Origin: an uncultured cyanobacterium
GTDB lineage: Bacteria > Cyanobacteriota > Cyanobacteriia > CAKZMO01
DNA: 64,000 nt
NCBI GenBank assembly: GCA_963719515.1
Contig: CAVRCJ010000006.1
Location: forward strand, 288,001 to 352,000
Reading direction: 5' to 3'
Shown: positions 30,401 to 39,328 of the stretch, in pieces
Position numbering within the stretch: position 1 is the stretch's first letter
Layout: each line of letters begins with the position of its first letter
The notes under the pieces: model-generated
Seen by the model: the letters and a program-made list of their open reading frames with translations, nothing else
Told to the model about the DNA's origin: nothing
Databases searched by the model: none
Program-made: the position numbers and the translations under genes

Positions 30401-33400
30401 CTGTTGGCGAGGGTGCCTGCGGTGAGGATTGCGGAGCCTTGGGCGATCGCAAGCTGGGGAGCCATAGCCCATCGTCGCTGGGCAAGCACTGCCGCCCTAA
30501 GGCCAGCAAAGTTGGCTTCGGGCCAATCTCCACCCTGATTCCTGCCCCCTGCTGGGCCAGGCTGTTCATGCTGGCGGCGAACTGGACGGGCTGGGTGACG
30601 TGGCGTACCCAGTAGTCTGGGGTGGCGATGTCATCGGTGGCTAGCTGTCCGGTCACGTTGCTGATGAGGGTGAGCTGGGGCCGCGAAAAGCTCACCTCGC
30701 GGGCCGCCTGCGCGAACTCGGCTAGCATCGGCTCCATGAGCGGCGAGTGGAAGGCGTGGGAGACGCTGAGTTCTTTGCTCTTGACGCCGGCCACGTTTAG
30801 GCGATCGCCAACCGCGCACACTGCGGGGCGATCGCCCGAAATCACGACGCTCTCGGGGCCGTTGACTGCGGCGATCGTAACGCTATGCCTACCGCTGCTT
30901 TGGCCGTTCTGCTTACAGGCGGCATCCTCGTAAGCTCGAATCGCTGCAGCCACCTGCTCTGGAGAGGCCATCAGAGCCATCATGGTGCCGTCCTGGGGCA
31001 ATCCCTGCATCAGCCTGCCCCGATGGGCGATCAGCGTCAGGCCGTCTTCAAGGCTAAACACCCCCGCCACGCAGGCGGCCACATATTCCCCAACGCTGTG
31101 CCCCAGAACGACCCCCGGCTCAATGCCCCAGGAGAGCCACAGCTGAACCAAGGCGTATTCCACCGCGAACAGGGCCGGCTGGGTGTAGGCGGTCTCCTGG
31201 AGCTTCGAGGGGGTGGCCGCGTCGGCAGGGTATATCACCTCCAGCAGGGGCAGCGCTAGGTGGGGCCGCAGGATGTCCTCGCACCGCCGCATCGCCGCCC
31301 GAAAGGTGGGCTGGGTCTCGTAGAGCTGGCGGCCCATGTTGACGTATTGGGAGCCCTGCCCGGTGAACAAAAAGGCGATCGCCGCCCTTTCAGACGGCTG
31401 GACCACGGCCCTTTGCTCAGGAGCCCGCTCGCGCAGCCGCTCCTGCAGCTGCGCGGGGGAGTCTGCCACCACGGCCAGCCGGTGGCTAAAGTGCTTGCGT
31501 CCGCCGTTGGCCGTAAAGGTGACGCTGGCGAGGTCTAGGTTGGGATGGGCAGCGAGGTAGTCTATGTAGCGGTGGCGCAGCGTCTGCAGCGCCGCGGCGC
31601 TCTTGGCCGAGAGGGTCAAGATGTGGGACGGGCGGTCCTTGTGTTCGGGTGGCTCTTGCTGCGGCTGGTCCTGCGGCGCTTCTTCTAGCACCAAATGAAC
31701 ATTGGTGCCCCCCATACCAAACGAGCTGACACCGGCCCGCCGAGGCTGACCCTGGGTCCGCCAGTCCCGGCGCTGGGTATTGACGAAAAACGGGCTGTTG
31801 GCGAAGTCAATTTTGGGGTTCGGCGTCTCGAAATTTAAGCTAGCGGGAATCACCTGATGCTTGAGGGCCAGGGCCGTTTTGATGAGGCCCGCCACCCCCG
31901 CCGCGTTGGCCAGATGTCCCACGTTGGTTTTCACCGAGCCAATGGCGCAAAATCCGGTTTCCGCCGTCGTGGCCCGGAAAGCCTGGGTCAGGGCGGCTAC
32001 TTCAATGGGGTCGCCCAGCGCCGTACCCGTACCGTGGGCTTCGATGTAGCCGATCGTGCTGGCCTCGACGTCGGCAGCAGCCTGAGCGTCCGCAATCACC
32101 GCCGCCTGGCCTTCCACAGAGGGGGCGGCGTAGCTCACCTTTAAGGCCCCATCGTTGTTGATGGCGGACCCTTTAATCACCGCGTAGATATCATCGCCAT
32201 CGGCCAAGGCGTCCGACAATCGCTTGAGCACCACAATCCCCGCCCCGTTGCCAAACACCGTACCGCTCCCTTGGGCATCAAAGGCGCGGCAGTGGCCGTC
32301 GGGGGAGAACACTGCCCCTTCCTGGTACAGGTAGCCCGTCTTCTGCGGCAGCCGGATGGCCACACCGCCCGCCAGCGCCATGGTGCATTCGCCGTTCAGC
32401 AGGCTCTGCGCAGCGCTGTGGACCGCCACCAGCGCGGTGGAGCAGGCCGTTTGGATATTGACGCTGGGGCCGGTGAGGTTGAGCTTGTAGGACAGGCGAG
32501 TGGGCAGGAAATCGGGCGACTGTCCGATGGTCATTTGAATATCGCCGACGGTTTCTAGAAACGAGCGGTTGGCGGCGTAGCCCAGGCTGGGGCAGACGTT
32601 GTTGATGAAGTAGGTGTTGATTCCGCCTCCCGCGTACACGCCAACGGTGCCGGGATAGGTCTCCGGGTCATAGCCCGCGTCTTCCAGGGCTTCGACGGCG
32701 CATTCCAAAAAGACCCGCTGCTGGGGGTCTAGCTGCTCGGCTTCTCGGGGGCTGTAGCCAAAGAAGGGGGCATCAAACTGGTCCACATCGGCCAAAGCCG
32801 CCCCGGCGTTGACGTAGTTGGGCTGGCTGAGCCAATCCGGGTCAGCAGGCTCTAGCTCGCCGGGGGGAAAGGCGGAAATCGACTCTACGCCGTCACACAG
32901 ATTTTGCCAAAAGGTCTCCACGTCCGGGGCACCGGGAAACCGCCCCGCCATGCCGATGATGGCGATCGCCTCGTGGGATAGCCGCTCTCGCGGGCGGCGG
33001 GGCTTGTGGGGCTGCGCCGCCTGGGCTGGCTGACTGAGGTGCTGGGCCAGCCGCTGGATGGTGGGGTATTGGAACAGCGTGACGACGGAGAGTTCGGCAG
33101 TCAGGCCTGTTGACAGATCTGAGCCAAATGCCTCCACTAGCTTTTGATGGGCCTGAATCAGCAGCAGGGAGTTTCCTCCTAGCTCAAAGAAATTATCGCC
33201 AATGCCGACTTCGTCTAGCTGCAGTAGGTCTCGCCACACCTGGGCGATGCGCTGCTCCGTTTCGGTTTGGGGCAGCACCAGCTCGGTGGCCAGCTCGGGG
33301 CGCGATCGCTCTGGGACTGGCAGGGCCCGTCGGTCTAGCTTGCCGTTGGCGTTGAGGGGCATCGCGTCTAGCAGGACAAACGCCGCCGGGACCATGTAGT

Positions 33401-36400
33401 CCGGCAGTCGGTCCTGCAGGTAGCACCGCAGGGTGGGTTCGAGGTCGCGGGCGATTTTGCCTTTGAGGGGGTTGTTGGCGTAGCGGCTCCAGTCATGGGT
33501 CGGCGAGGTTGGGGTTGGCGGGGTTGGACTGTACCACAGCAGCGGCTCCACTGGTGCAACTGGGTCACGCTCAGCGCCATCTCTAGCCCCCAGTTCTGAG
33601 GGGAGACCGGACTGGAAGTCCCCCGCAGCCTCTAATTGCCCTGGATGCTGCCGCTCAAGAACGACGTCGTAGCAGCCGGGACTTCCCGCCGACCAGGTTA
33701 CCGAGACGGCGTAGGACAGCGCCTCCCCCAGCTGCCACCAGTCCTCTGGCTCAACGCCCCGCCCTGCCCGAATCTGAGATTTGAGTTTACCAACGGTGCA
33801 ATCATCCTCGCTCTGCAGCGCCGCCAGCAGCGCCATCTCTGTCTCCAGACGGGCATTGGGCACCTGCTCAACCACGAGCGCCTGGGGCCGGTCTTGCAGC
33901 AGCAGCCGAACCTGGTCCAGCGTTAGCGGTCCTCTGCCCGACTCCCCAGCATTCCAAGCGAGCTTTGTCACCTCGGGCGAGGCAACCGGCGTGCCCTCAA
34001 CCCACAACGTCACGTCGTAGCGAAACGCCGTCAGCTCATTGCGGGCCTGCCCCCGCTTCAGCTGCACGACAACATGGCTAATTTTGTCCGTCTGCGCCGC
34101 CAGGGCGTAAAATAGCGCCGGATCAATCAGCAGCTCCTCCTCGTTGTCGATACTCCTTTGCAGTCGCTGCCGCAGCTGCCGTTTGGACAAAGTATCGGGC
34201 GATCGCGCTAGCTGGACGGAAGCGTGGAAGGCCTCCAGCAGCGGCAGACTGCGGATATCGCCGATAAAAATGAACCCGCCGGGCCGAACCGCCGCAGCCG
34301 CTTTCTCCAGCACCTCAACGAAGTAGTCCACGCTGGGAAACAGCTGAATCACGGAGTTGACGACTACCGCGTCAAAGGAATCGGGCGCAACGCCGCGAAA
34401 ATCATCGGCGGCCCGCTGGCGCAGCGCCACCTGGGACCAATCTCCCGCCAGGGCGGGGAGCTGCCGGGCCACGTAGTCCAGGGCTTCCTGAGAAATGTCG
34501 GTTCCTAGGTAGTGGGCGCAGGTGGGGGCCACCCGAAACAGCAGCATTCCCGTACCGCAGCCGATTTCAAGGACGCGGGTCGGTCCTCCTGCGCGAATTC
34601 TGGCCACCGTAGCCTCCACCCAGTCCCGCATCTGCGCCGCCGGGATGGGCTGGCCGCTGTAGCTGTCGTTCCAGCCGACGATGTTGAAGGTGGGGTCGGC
34701 GCTGTCATCCATCTTCGTTTGGCCATAGACGACGTTGTCCACCTGCTGCCACTGGGCCACCTGCTCCGCCTGGGCCGTTGAGCTGATGTCCTGATGACCC
34801 ACCACATAGGCCACCACTCGCCTATCGCCGGGGGTGTCTTCTCGGGCCACTACTGCCGCCTGCTGCACCGCCGGGTGGTGACTCAGAGCAGACTCAATTT
34901 CCCCCAGCTCAATGCGAAAGCCGCGAATTTTCACCTGGTCGTCAGTGCGGCCCAAAAATTCCAGCGTGCGATCGCTGCGGTAGCGCACCAGGTCGCCGGT
35001 TTTGTACAGCCGGTAATCCCCAAACGCGGCTCTCGCGGTTTCAAAGGGGTTGGGTATAAATCGCTGCTGGGTCAGCTCCGGCCGATTCCAGTAGCCGCGG
35101 GTAACGCCAGCGCCGCCGATGTATAGCTCTCCCGCACCGCCGATGGGCACGGGCTGGAGGTGGGAATCTAGCAGGTAAATTTGGGTATTGGGGATGGGGC
35201 GACCAATGGGAACGGTGGTGTCTTCCGGCTGGGGAGTGCAGCGATGGACCGTGGCCCAGACGGTCGCCTCTGTGGGGCCGTATTCGTTGTAGAGCGCGGT
35301 GTCTTTGAGGGAGCTGTGGTGCTGGGTGATGAGGGCGGGAGGACAGACCTCGCCCGCCACAATGACGACCTGCAGCGAGGCCAGTGAGTCGGAGTCGCGG
35401 AGACTCTCTAGGCACAGCCCATAGAGCGACGGCAGACAGAGGAGATGGGAGATGCGCTCTTGCGCGATCAGCTGCGTCAGCTGCTGCGGGTCTTTTTGAA
35501 CCGCATAGGCGGGAATAACCAGGGTGCCGCCCGTGCAAAGCGTCCAGAAAATGCCCGCAACGGAGCTATCGAAGGCGAAGGAGGACAGCAGCAGGTAGCG
35601 GGTGACGGGCTCGGGGTAGTAGTCGAGGCGGGCCGCCGTGGAGTGGAGCAGGTTTCGGTGAGAGACCAAAACGCCCTTAGGGTTGCCCGTGGAGCCCGAG
35701 GTGTAGATTACATAGGCTAGGTTGTCTGGCCTAGCCTGCTGGGCCGGATTTTCGCAATTTTCCTGGGCAATCTCCGGCCAGTCGGCGTCGAGGCAAACTA
35801 GCTCAAGCGAGGTCTCCGGAAGCTGCGACAGAACGTTTTGCTGGGTGACCAAAATAGACACCTGAGCATCCGCCAGCATGAACGCCAGCCGCTCTTTGGG
35901 GTAGGCCGGGTCTAGAGGCACATAGGCTCCGCCCGCCTTAAGGATGCCAAGAATACCCACCACTATATCCAGCGATCGCTCAACGCAAATCCCCACCAGA
36001 GCGTCTGGGCCAACGCCTCGCTCTAGCAAATGGTGTGCAAGCTGGTTCGCCCGAAGATTCAGCTGCTCATAGGTTAAAGCATCATCTCCGCAGGTTAGCG
36101 CCACAGTATCCGGCGTTTGGGTAGCCTGATGCTCAAACCAATGGTGAATCGCCTGGAATTTTGAGCGATCGCCTGGAGCGTCATTCCACTCAATGAGAAG
36201 CTGATGCTTTTCGGCTTTTCTTAGCAAGGGCAAGCAGGATATGGGCTGCTGAGGATTGCGAACGATAGCCTCTAGCAGCGTTTGAAAGTGCTCCATCCAC
36301 TGCTTTATTGTGGATGAGGTAAACAGCAGCTGATTATACTGCGCACAAACGGTAATCGCGTCCGTTGTTTTCGAGGTGATTAGGGCCCAGTCAAATTTTT

Positions 36401-36959
36401 CTGATGCAGTGAAGGAGCCGTTGGTTTCAAAATCTTGGCTTATGAAAACAGCCGAAAATTCCTCAAGATCCTTGACTTCACTATCCGGTTTTGACGACGT
36501 CGACTTCCAGGTCAATTCATTTAGGGCGTCGAAATTTCGCCAGCGACGAGCAGCAAACTCAACGGTCGGATCTTCGGAGAAATCTACAGAAATAGGGATA
36601 AGGCTATCCGATACCACGGAGTCTTTTCTGAAGTCGTTTTTCTCGCCTCTTTTTTGTTCTCGCCGCCTTGCTTTAGCAGGCTTCGCCTCAGCTGATCTTA
36701 CTTGAGAGGGCAGCGTAGATGTAATTTTAAAAGCATCTAAGGATGACAGCCGGTGAAGCAGAATTTGAAACGCTATCAACAGCAGGTCATCTGCGGAGAT
36801 TCCAAGGGAATACGCTGAGCTGACAATCCTTTCCGTAAGTGTTTCGCACAGCCGTATACTGTGCCTTTCTTCCTTGTATGCGCGCGGATGATGTCGAAGT
36901 CGATCCGTCAGCAAATTTAGAATAGGAAAATCATCCACTTGTCTAGACCCTCTGTTCAT
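27408..36959 (-). CDS. Hybrid NRPS-PKS: partial C, A with embedded methyltransferase, T, KS, AT, DH, ER, KR N-terminus (frameshifted into 25615-27456)
   Basis: YTSGSTGNPKG, NEYGPTE, LEIGCGTG, LGGNSL, TACS/HGTGT/GHL, GHSVG and HAFHS, HRIYGEAVLP, IHSAAGGVG, TGGLGGLG. Confidence 0.95.
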   Translation of the reverse strand: MNRGSRQVDDFPILNLLTDRLRHHPRAYKEERHSIRLCETLTERIVSSAYSLGISADDLLLIAFQILLHRLSSLDAFKITSTLPSQVRSAEAKPAKARRREQKRGEKNDFRKDSVVSDSLIPISVDFSEDPTVEFAARRWRNFDALNELTWKSTSSKPDSEVKDLEEFSAVFISQDFETNGSFTASEKFDWALITSKTTDAITVCAQYNQLLFTSSTIKQWMEHFQTLLEAIVRNPQQPISCLPLLRKAEKHQLLIEWNDAPGDRSKFQAIHHWFEHQATQTPDTVALTCGDDALTYEQLNLRANQLAHHLLERGVGPDALVGICVERSLDIVVGILGILKAGGAYVPLDPAYPKERLAFMLADAQVSILVTQQNVLSQLPETSLELVCLDADWPEIAQENCENPAQQARPDNLAYVIYTSGSTGNPKGVLVSHRNLLHSTAARLDYYPEPVTRYLLLSSFAFDSSVAGIFWTLCTGGTLVIPAYAVQKDPQQLTQLIAQERISHLLCLPSLYGLCLESLRDSDSLASLQVVIVAGEVCPPALITQHHSSLKDTALYNEYGPTEATVWATVHRCTPQPEDTTVPIGRPIPNTQIYLLDSHLQPVPIGGAGELYIGGAGVTRGYWNRPELTQQRFIPNPFETARAAFGDYRLYKTGDLVRYRSDRTLEFLGRTDDQVKIRGFRIELGEIESALSHHPAVQQAAVVAREDTPGDRRVVAYVVGHQDISSTAQAEQVAQWQQVDNVVYGQTKMDDSADPTFNIVGWNDSYSGQPIPAAQMRDWVEATVARIRAGGPTRVLEIGCGTGMLLFRVAPTCAHYLGTDISQEALDYVARQLPALAGDWSQVALRQRAADDFRGVAPDSFDAVVVNSVIQLFPSVDYFVEVLEKAAAAVRPGGFIFIGDIRSLPLLEAFHASVQLARSPDTLSKRQLRQRLQRSIDNEEELLIDPALFYALAAQTDKISHVVVQLKRGQARNELTAFRYDVTLWVEGTPVASPEVTKLAWNAGESGRGPLTLDQVRLLLQDRPQALVVEQVPNARLETEMALLAALQSEDDCTVGKLKSQIRAGRGVEPEDWWQLGEALSYAVSVTWSAGSPGCYDVVLERQHPGQLEAAGDFQSGLPSELGARDGAERDPVAPVEPLLWYSPTPPTPTSPTHDWSRYANNPLKGKIARDLEPTLRCYLQDRLPDYMVPAAFVLLDAMPLNANGKLDRRALPVPERSRPELATELVLPQTETEQRIAQVWRDLLQLDEVGIGDNFFELGGNSLLLIQAHQKLVEAFGSDLSTGLTAELSVVTLFQYPTIQRLAQHLSQPAQAAQPHKPRRPRERLSHEAIAIIGMAGRFPGAPDVETFWQNLCDGVESISAFPPGELEPADPDWLSQPNYVNAGAALADVDQFDAPFFGYSPREAEQLDPQQRVFLECAVEALEDAGYDPETYPGTVGVYAGGGINTYFINNVCPSLGYAANRSFLETVGDIQMTIGQSPDFLPTRLSYKLNLTGPSVNIQTACSTALVAVHSAAQSLLNGECTMALAGGVAIRLPQKTGYLYQEGAVFSPDGHCRAFDAQGSGTVFGNGAGIVVLKRLSDALADGDDIYAVIKGSAINNDGALKVSYAAPSVEGQAAVIADAQAAADVEASTIGYIEAHGTGTALGDPIEVAALTQAFRATTAETGFCAIGSVKTNVGHLANAAGVAGLIKTALALKHQVIPASLNFETPNPKIDFANSPFFVNTQRRDWRTQGQPRRAGVSSFGMGGTNVHLVLEEAPQDQPQQEPPEHKDRPSHILTLSAKSAAALQTLRHRYIDYLAAHPNLDLASVTFTANGGRKHFSHRLAVVADSPAQLQERLRERAPEQRAVVQPSERAAIAFLFTGQGSQYVNMGRQLYETQPTFRAAMRRCEDILRPHLALPLLEVIYPADAATPSKLQETAYTQPALFAVEYALVQLWLSWGIEPGVVLGHSVGEYVAACVAGVFSLEDGLTLIAHRGRLMQGLPQDGTMMALMASPEQVAAAIRAYEDAACKQNGQSSGRHSVTIAAVNGPESVVISGDRPAVCAVGDRLNVAGVKSKELSVSHAFHSPLMEPMLAEFAQAAREVSFSRPQLTLISNVTGQLATDDIATPDYWVRHVTQPVQFAASMNSLAQQGAGIRVEIGPKPTLLALGRQCLPSDDGLWLPSLRSPKAPQSSPQAPSPTDWQVILDSLSQLYLRGVPVSWLGFDRDYPRRREHLPTYPFQRQRYWLDPQPPLPAVAPVPYGHPLLGQQIQLAGSQELRFQSRISLCNAALTYLADHRIYGEAVLPLTAYVEIALAAGAKAFAKTDGQRVEQLVLEEIFIEQPLVLAEDSASPHTLQIALTSEGKEVYRFEIFGAAPTAEQSSDEPVWTRHASGQIRAEQPTSPASVQPVAFDLAAWQAACTDGISAERFYQGRRSHHIDFGPSFRGIEQLWKGDGVALSRLRVPDAVWRDVGRYRLHPAVLDAGLHTLGAILPEGTYLPVILERLQVYRPPSRHLWSYATLQPGKTDVSETLTAEVHLFDDEGNLVALASGLALRKGMEANASGAAGLEDHLYEIAWQPAAETIAPQDATPGRWLILTDPGEIGETLAQRLLQQGHRCTLVVPGPGYQLAANDGTAERYRLDPAAPEQFQQLLADCPLPWRGVIHLWSVEEEEQGLGLTEGHIARSQRLGAGSALHLVQALAKAEGERPPLWLVTQGARPIDSGPLQVHQAPLWGLGQAIALEYPELQCRRLDLDPSADATQAAEALQAELLSPDREDQVGYRHGVRYVPRLKPFTLDAKLDPGTAPVRVQIEHYGLLENLRLAPLTRRPPGPDEVEIRVCAAGLNFRDVLNALGMLQEYYETELGIRQSGDVLLGFECAGEVAAVGEKVSHLQAGDRVMALAPGSLASWVTTPAGQVAKLPAGFTFQDAATLPAAFLTAHYALHGLAHIQAGDRILIHSAAGGVGQAAVQLAQRAGAEVFGTASPGKWAFLKAMGVNHVMNSRTLDFAEDIERLTDGQGVDIVLNSFSKDFVDKSFEVLAQNGRFVELGKRDIWSEETVQQRRPDAAYFPFDLGEESVKNPGLLPVLFKSLLSGFADGSLKPLPLQTFPLANVVDAFRFMAGAQHRGKVVLAMPEVDSARIHSEGSYLVTGGLGGLGLEAAQWLIEQGASCIVLASRRGRWSPKFSQRSKRRFTS

Positions 36960-37791
36960 TTCACCCAGAAAATGCTTTTTTTAAGAGATAACGGCTTACG
37001 CCCTATGCCCTACGCCATCACATAGGATCGCGCCCAAGCGGACCGACAACGCTATTGAAGGCCAAAATCTTACATGGTGTGCATTGGAACCAGATGAACA
37101 TAGTACTTAATCGCTGTGGCGATTAAGCAGGACATCCTTCTACATTATAATTGATTGCTATATGCCTTGAGCTGATGACGTTACTAAAACCAATCTTTGC
37201 AGAATCGGTGCCCTTTCTCAGCGCTTCAACAATCTTTTGGCCGCAATAAGATTCGCCACAAATCTCAACAATGTATTAATTTTGATATGTGAATATTAGG
37301 ATGGCTTGTTCGATCTCGAGCATGTCTCTATCCAATCAAAAGCGATATTTTCACTTTAAAGCAAGCATTTCTTAGCGCTCTAAATTCTGTCTACAGTCTA
37401 AATTGAAAACACAAGTTCGAAGGGCTACGCACTCTAGAGTACGCTCGTGCGGGATAGCTCGTTCTTTCAAGATCTATCAATGCCTTAAATTTTTGATCTG
37501 GCTTTTTTCTTAAGATAGCCCTGTTCCTATTGCTTAGCGTTCTTTTGGGTTGTAATACTCAGTAATACATAAAACAGTATTTGCCTGGACGTATGCTTTG
37601 CCCTCTAGACTCTAGACAAAGCGACTCTGGTTGTCTATTGCCGTTGGGCGGAGGCACTGCCCGTTCAGAGCACTGCCTGTTTAGGACATTGTTTGCCACA
37701 AACATTATGCTAGCGTTTGCCAACCTTGATCATGTTAAACAGAGGTTCTATGGGGGATTAGAGACAGGATTGGAGACTCAGGCCCGGCTAC

Positions 37792-38324
37792 TTGAGCAAG
37801 ACAGGCTCCGAATTCGAGTCAATTCACATTCTAATTGGTCGCTTCCTTGCCGATCGCCATTCCCCTGCTCCGCTCGATACGGCTCGCATCTTAGGCAACA
37901 ACCCGAAATTTGACTGGGGAGAGGGGATGCCGCTCGAAAAGGTGATCGACTCCCCAGAAGCCTTCGATGCCCTAATGCTCAACCCGTCGCTGTTTCGCAA
38001 CGCGATCGCCATCATCGAGCCTTGGGAGCACGTCGGCTATAACCGTTTAGGGGAGCACGTGCGAGCCTCCGAAAACGTGGCCTACCTGGCGCAGACTATT
38101 GCAGACTGCGACTCGGTGCTGTTTCCGATGTGGTCGTCAGGGCCGTTCGACCTAGACAAACTTATCCCGGTAATCAGCTCAGGGCTGGCGATCGGCGTGG
38201 AAGGCGGAGATCCTCCGGTGCGCAACCCAGCTACCTTCGAGGGCTCAAACGCCTCCCAAGCCGAGATGATTGCCCTCACCGAGTATGTTGACTTTGAGAC
38301 TAAGGAAGTGCGGCGCTCGTTTAC
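37792..38324 (+). pseudogene. Probably truncated conserved hypothetical gene, interrupted at an IS end
   Basis: Protein-like ORF whose last 25 codons run through the IS left-end hairpin. Confidence 0.55.
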
Positions 38325-38391
38325 AGAAGACGTCGTAAAGCCCACTCCTTTAGGGGTGGGATATAAGGCGGCGAGCCAGAGGCGAGCAATT

Positions 38392-38526
38392 CTATTCCTC
38401 TAATCGCAGCCGATCTATCCATTCCTCTATGAGTTGGGTCATGGTTTTGTCCCGTTCTTTTGCAATACTTCTAAGCTTTTGCAGTCTTTGCTCAGACAGC
38501 CTGATGGTAAAGTTCTTTTTTGTCAT
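38392..38526 (-). CDS. 44-aa ribbon-helix-helix (CopG-like) protein inside the IS; absent from the ORF track
   Basis: Hand translation MTKKNFTIRLSEQRLQKLRSIAKERDKTMTQLIEEWIDRLRLEE shows an alternating beta-strand followed by two helices. Confidence 0.8.
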   Translation of the reverse strand: MTKKNFTIRLSEQRLQKLRSIAKERDKTMTQLIEEWIDRLRLEE

Positions 38527-38569
38527 CTCGCATGTGCATTGTATGTGCGTTTATGCTAGCATGACAATA

Positions 38570-38870
38570 AGTTCTTCAACATACTCAAGGTTCGGCGGGT
38601 TCGGCTGAGAAGTTCAGCCGGTAAAGCTTTGAGCGTACCGAAAGGATGTAGCTTAGCAGTTTAGACGGGTAAAACAGAGCCGCGAGCGGTAAAATGCCGG
38701 GTTCGACATTGTCTGCAAAGCCTAAAGGAAGAAAACCGTCTTCGGTTGCTTGTGGAAACACAACCAGGCAGGGCGTTGTCTGATGGGAGAGTAGATGTTA
38801 GACAGGCTCAGCCTGCATTCTACGCCGGTATCCCAGAATCCCACGCGCTTTAGCCGTGGGAGTGCGTCAA
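38570..38870 (+). ncRNA. Candidate structured RNA in the right half of the IS (omegaRNA/reRNA-like)
   Basis: No credible ORF; at least five hairpins including a GAAA tetraloop, and a possible pseudoknot. Confidence 0.45.
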
Positions 38871-38914
38871 ATCGGTGCCGGGAGTACGTTACGGCAAAAC
38901 GCCAACCTATACCT

Positions 38915-39328
38915 ATGCCATCGCCTTTCATTTCGCCCAACGATATCCTAGAGGCCGCTCGGCAGATTCGCCCGGAACTTCCCGAGCTGCTGCCCGCTGA
39001 GTCCGTCGCTCGCTTCGATCGTCAGCTTGCTGACTACCTCGCTCAGGCTCACAGTGGCGAAGCCGTCCATGAGCAGGTTCTTGAGCTACTGCAAAGCGAC
39101 CCCGAGACCGAAGACTGGCTACTGGAGACCTTTGGACCCCGCCGGGTGGCTAAAGGAGAAACCATGCGGGGTGGCTATCAGGGGTTGCCCGGCAGCATCA
39201 GCGCGATTGGCGCTCAGAAGTATGTCTGCCCCGAGGGCAATGACTACACCCGATTTTTGCGCTCCGCCGGCGATGTCCCCCGCTGTAAGACTCACGGTTG
39301 TTTGCTGGTTCCCGCTAGCGAGGTGTAG
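38915..39328 (+). CDS. Hypothetical protein with C-terminal Cys/His zinc-ribbon-like motif
   Basis: 137 aa from MPSPFI; helical N-domain; YVCPEG...PRCKTHGC. Confidence 0.75.
   Translation: MPSPFISPNDILEAARQIRPELPELLPAESVARFDRQLADYLAQAHSGEAVHEQVLELLQSDPETEDWLLETFGPRRVAKGETMRGGYQGLPGSISAIGAQKYVCPEGNDYTRFLRSAGDVPRCKTHGCLLVPASEV

Larger units (their letters stand above)
38325..38870 (+). mobile_element. Non-autonomous IS200/IS605-family (IS608-type) element without tnpA or tnpB
   Basis: TTAC target at 38321-38324; AAAG plus hairpin cccactcc-ttta-ggggtggg (38337-38360); GAAT plus hairpin cccacg...cgtggg (38836-38860); terminal TCAA (38867-38870). Confidence 0.85.

Noticed and set aside
27574..36705. 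Numerous 60-165 aa overlapping and antisense ORFs within the NRPS-PKS and other genes
   Set aside because: Shadow ORFs of GC-rich coding sequence with no motifs.
38530..38870. tnpB or IscB gene, or a group I intron (IStron)
   Set aside because: No ORF with RuvC or zinc-finger motifs, and no recognisable group I P7 core.
38795..38914. Longer start for the zinc-ribbon ORF
   Set aside because: It runs through the IS right end and is an artefact of the insertion.
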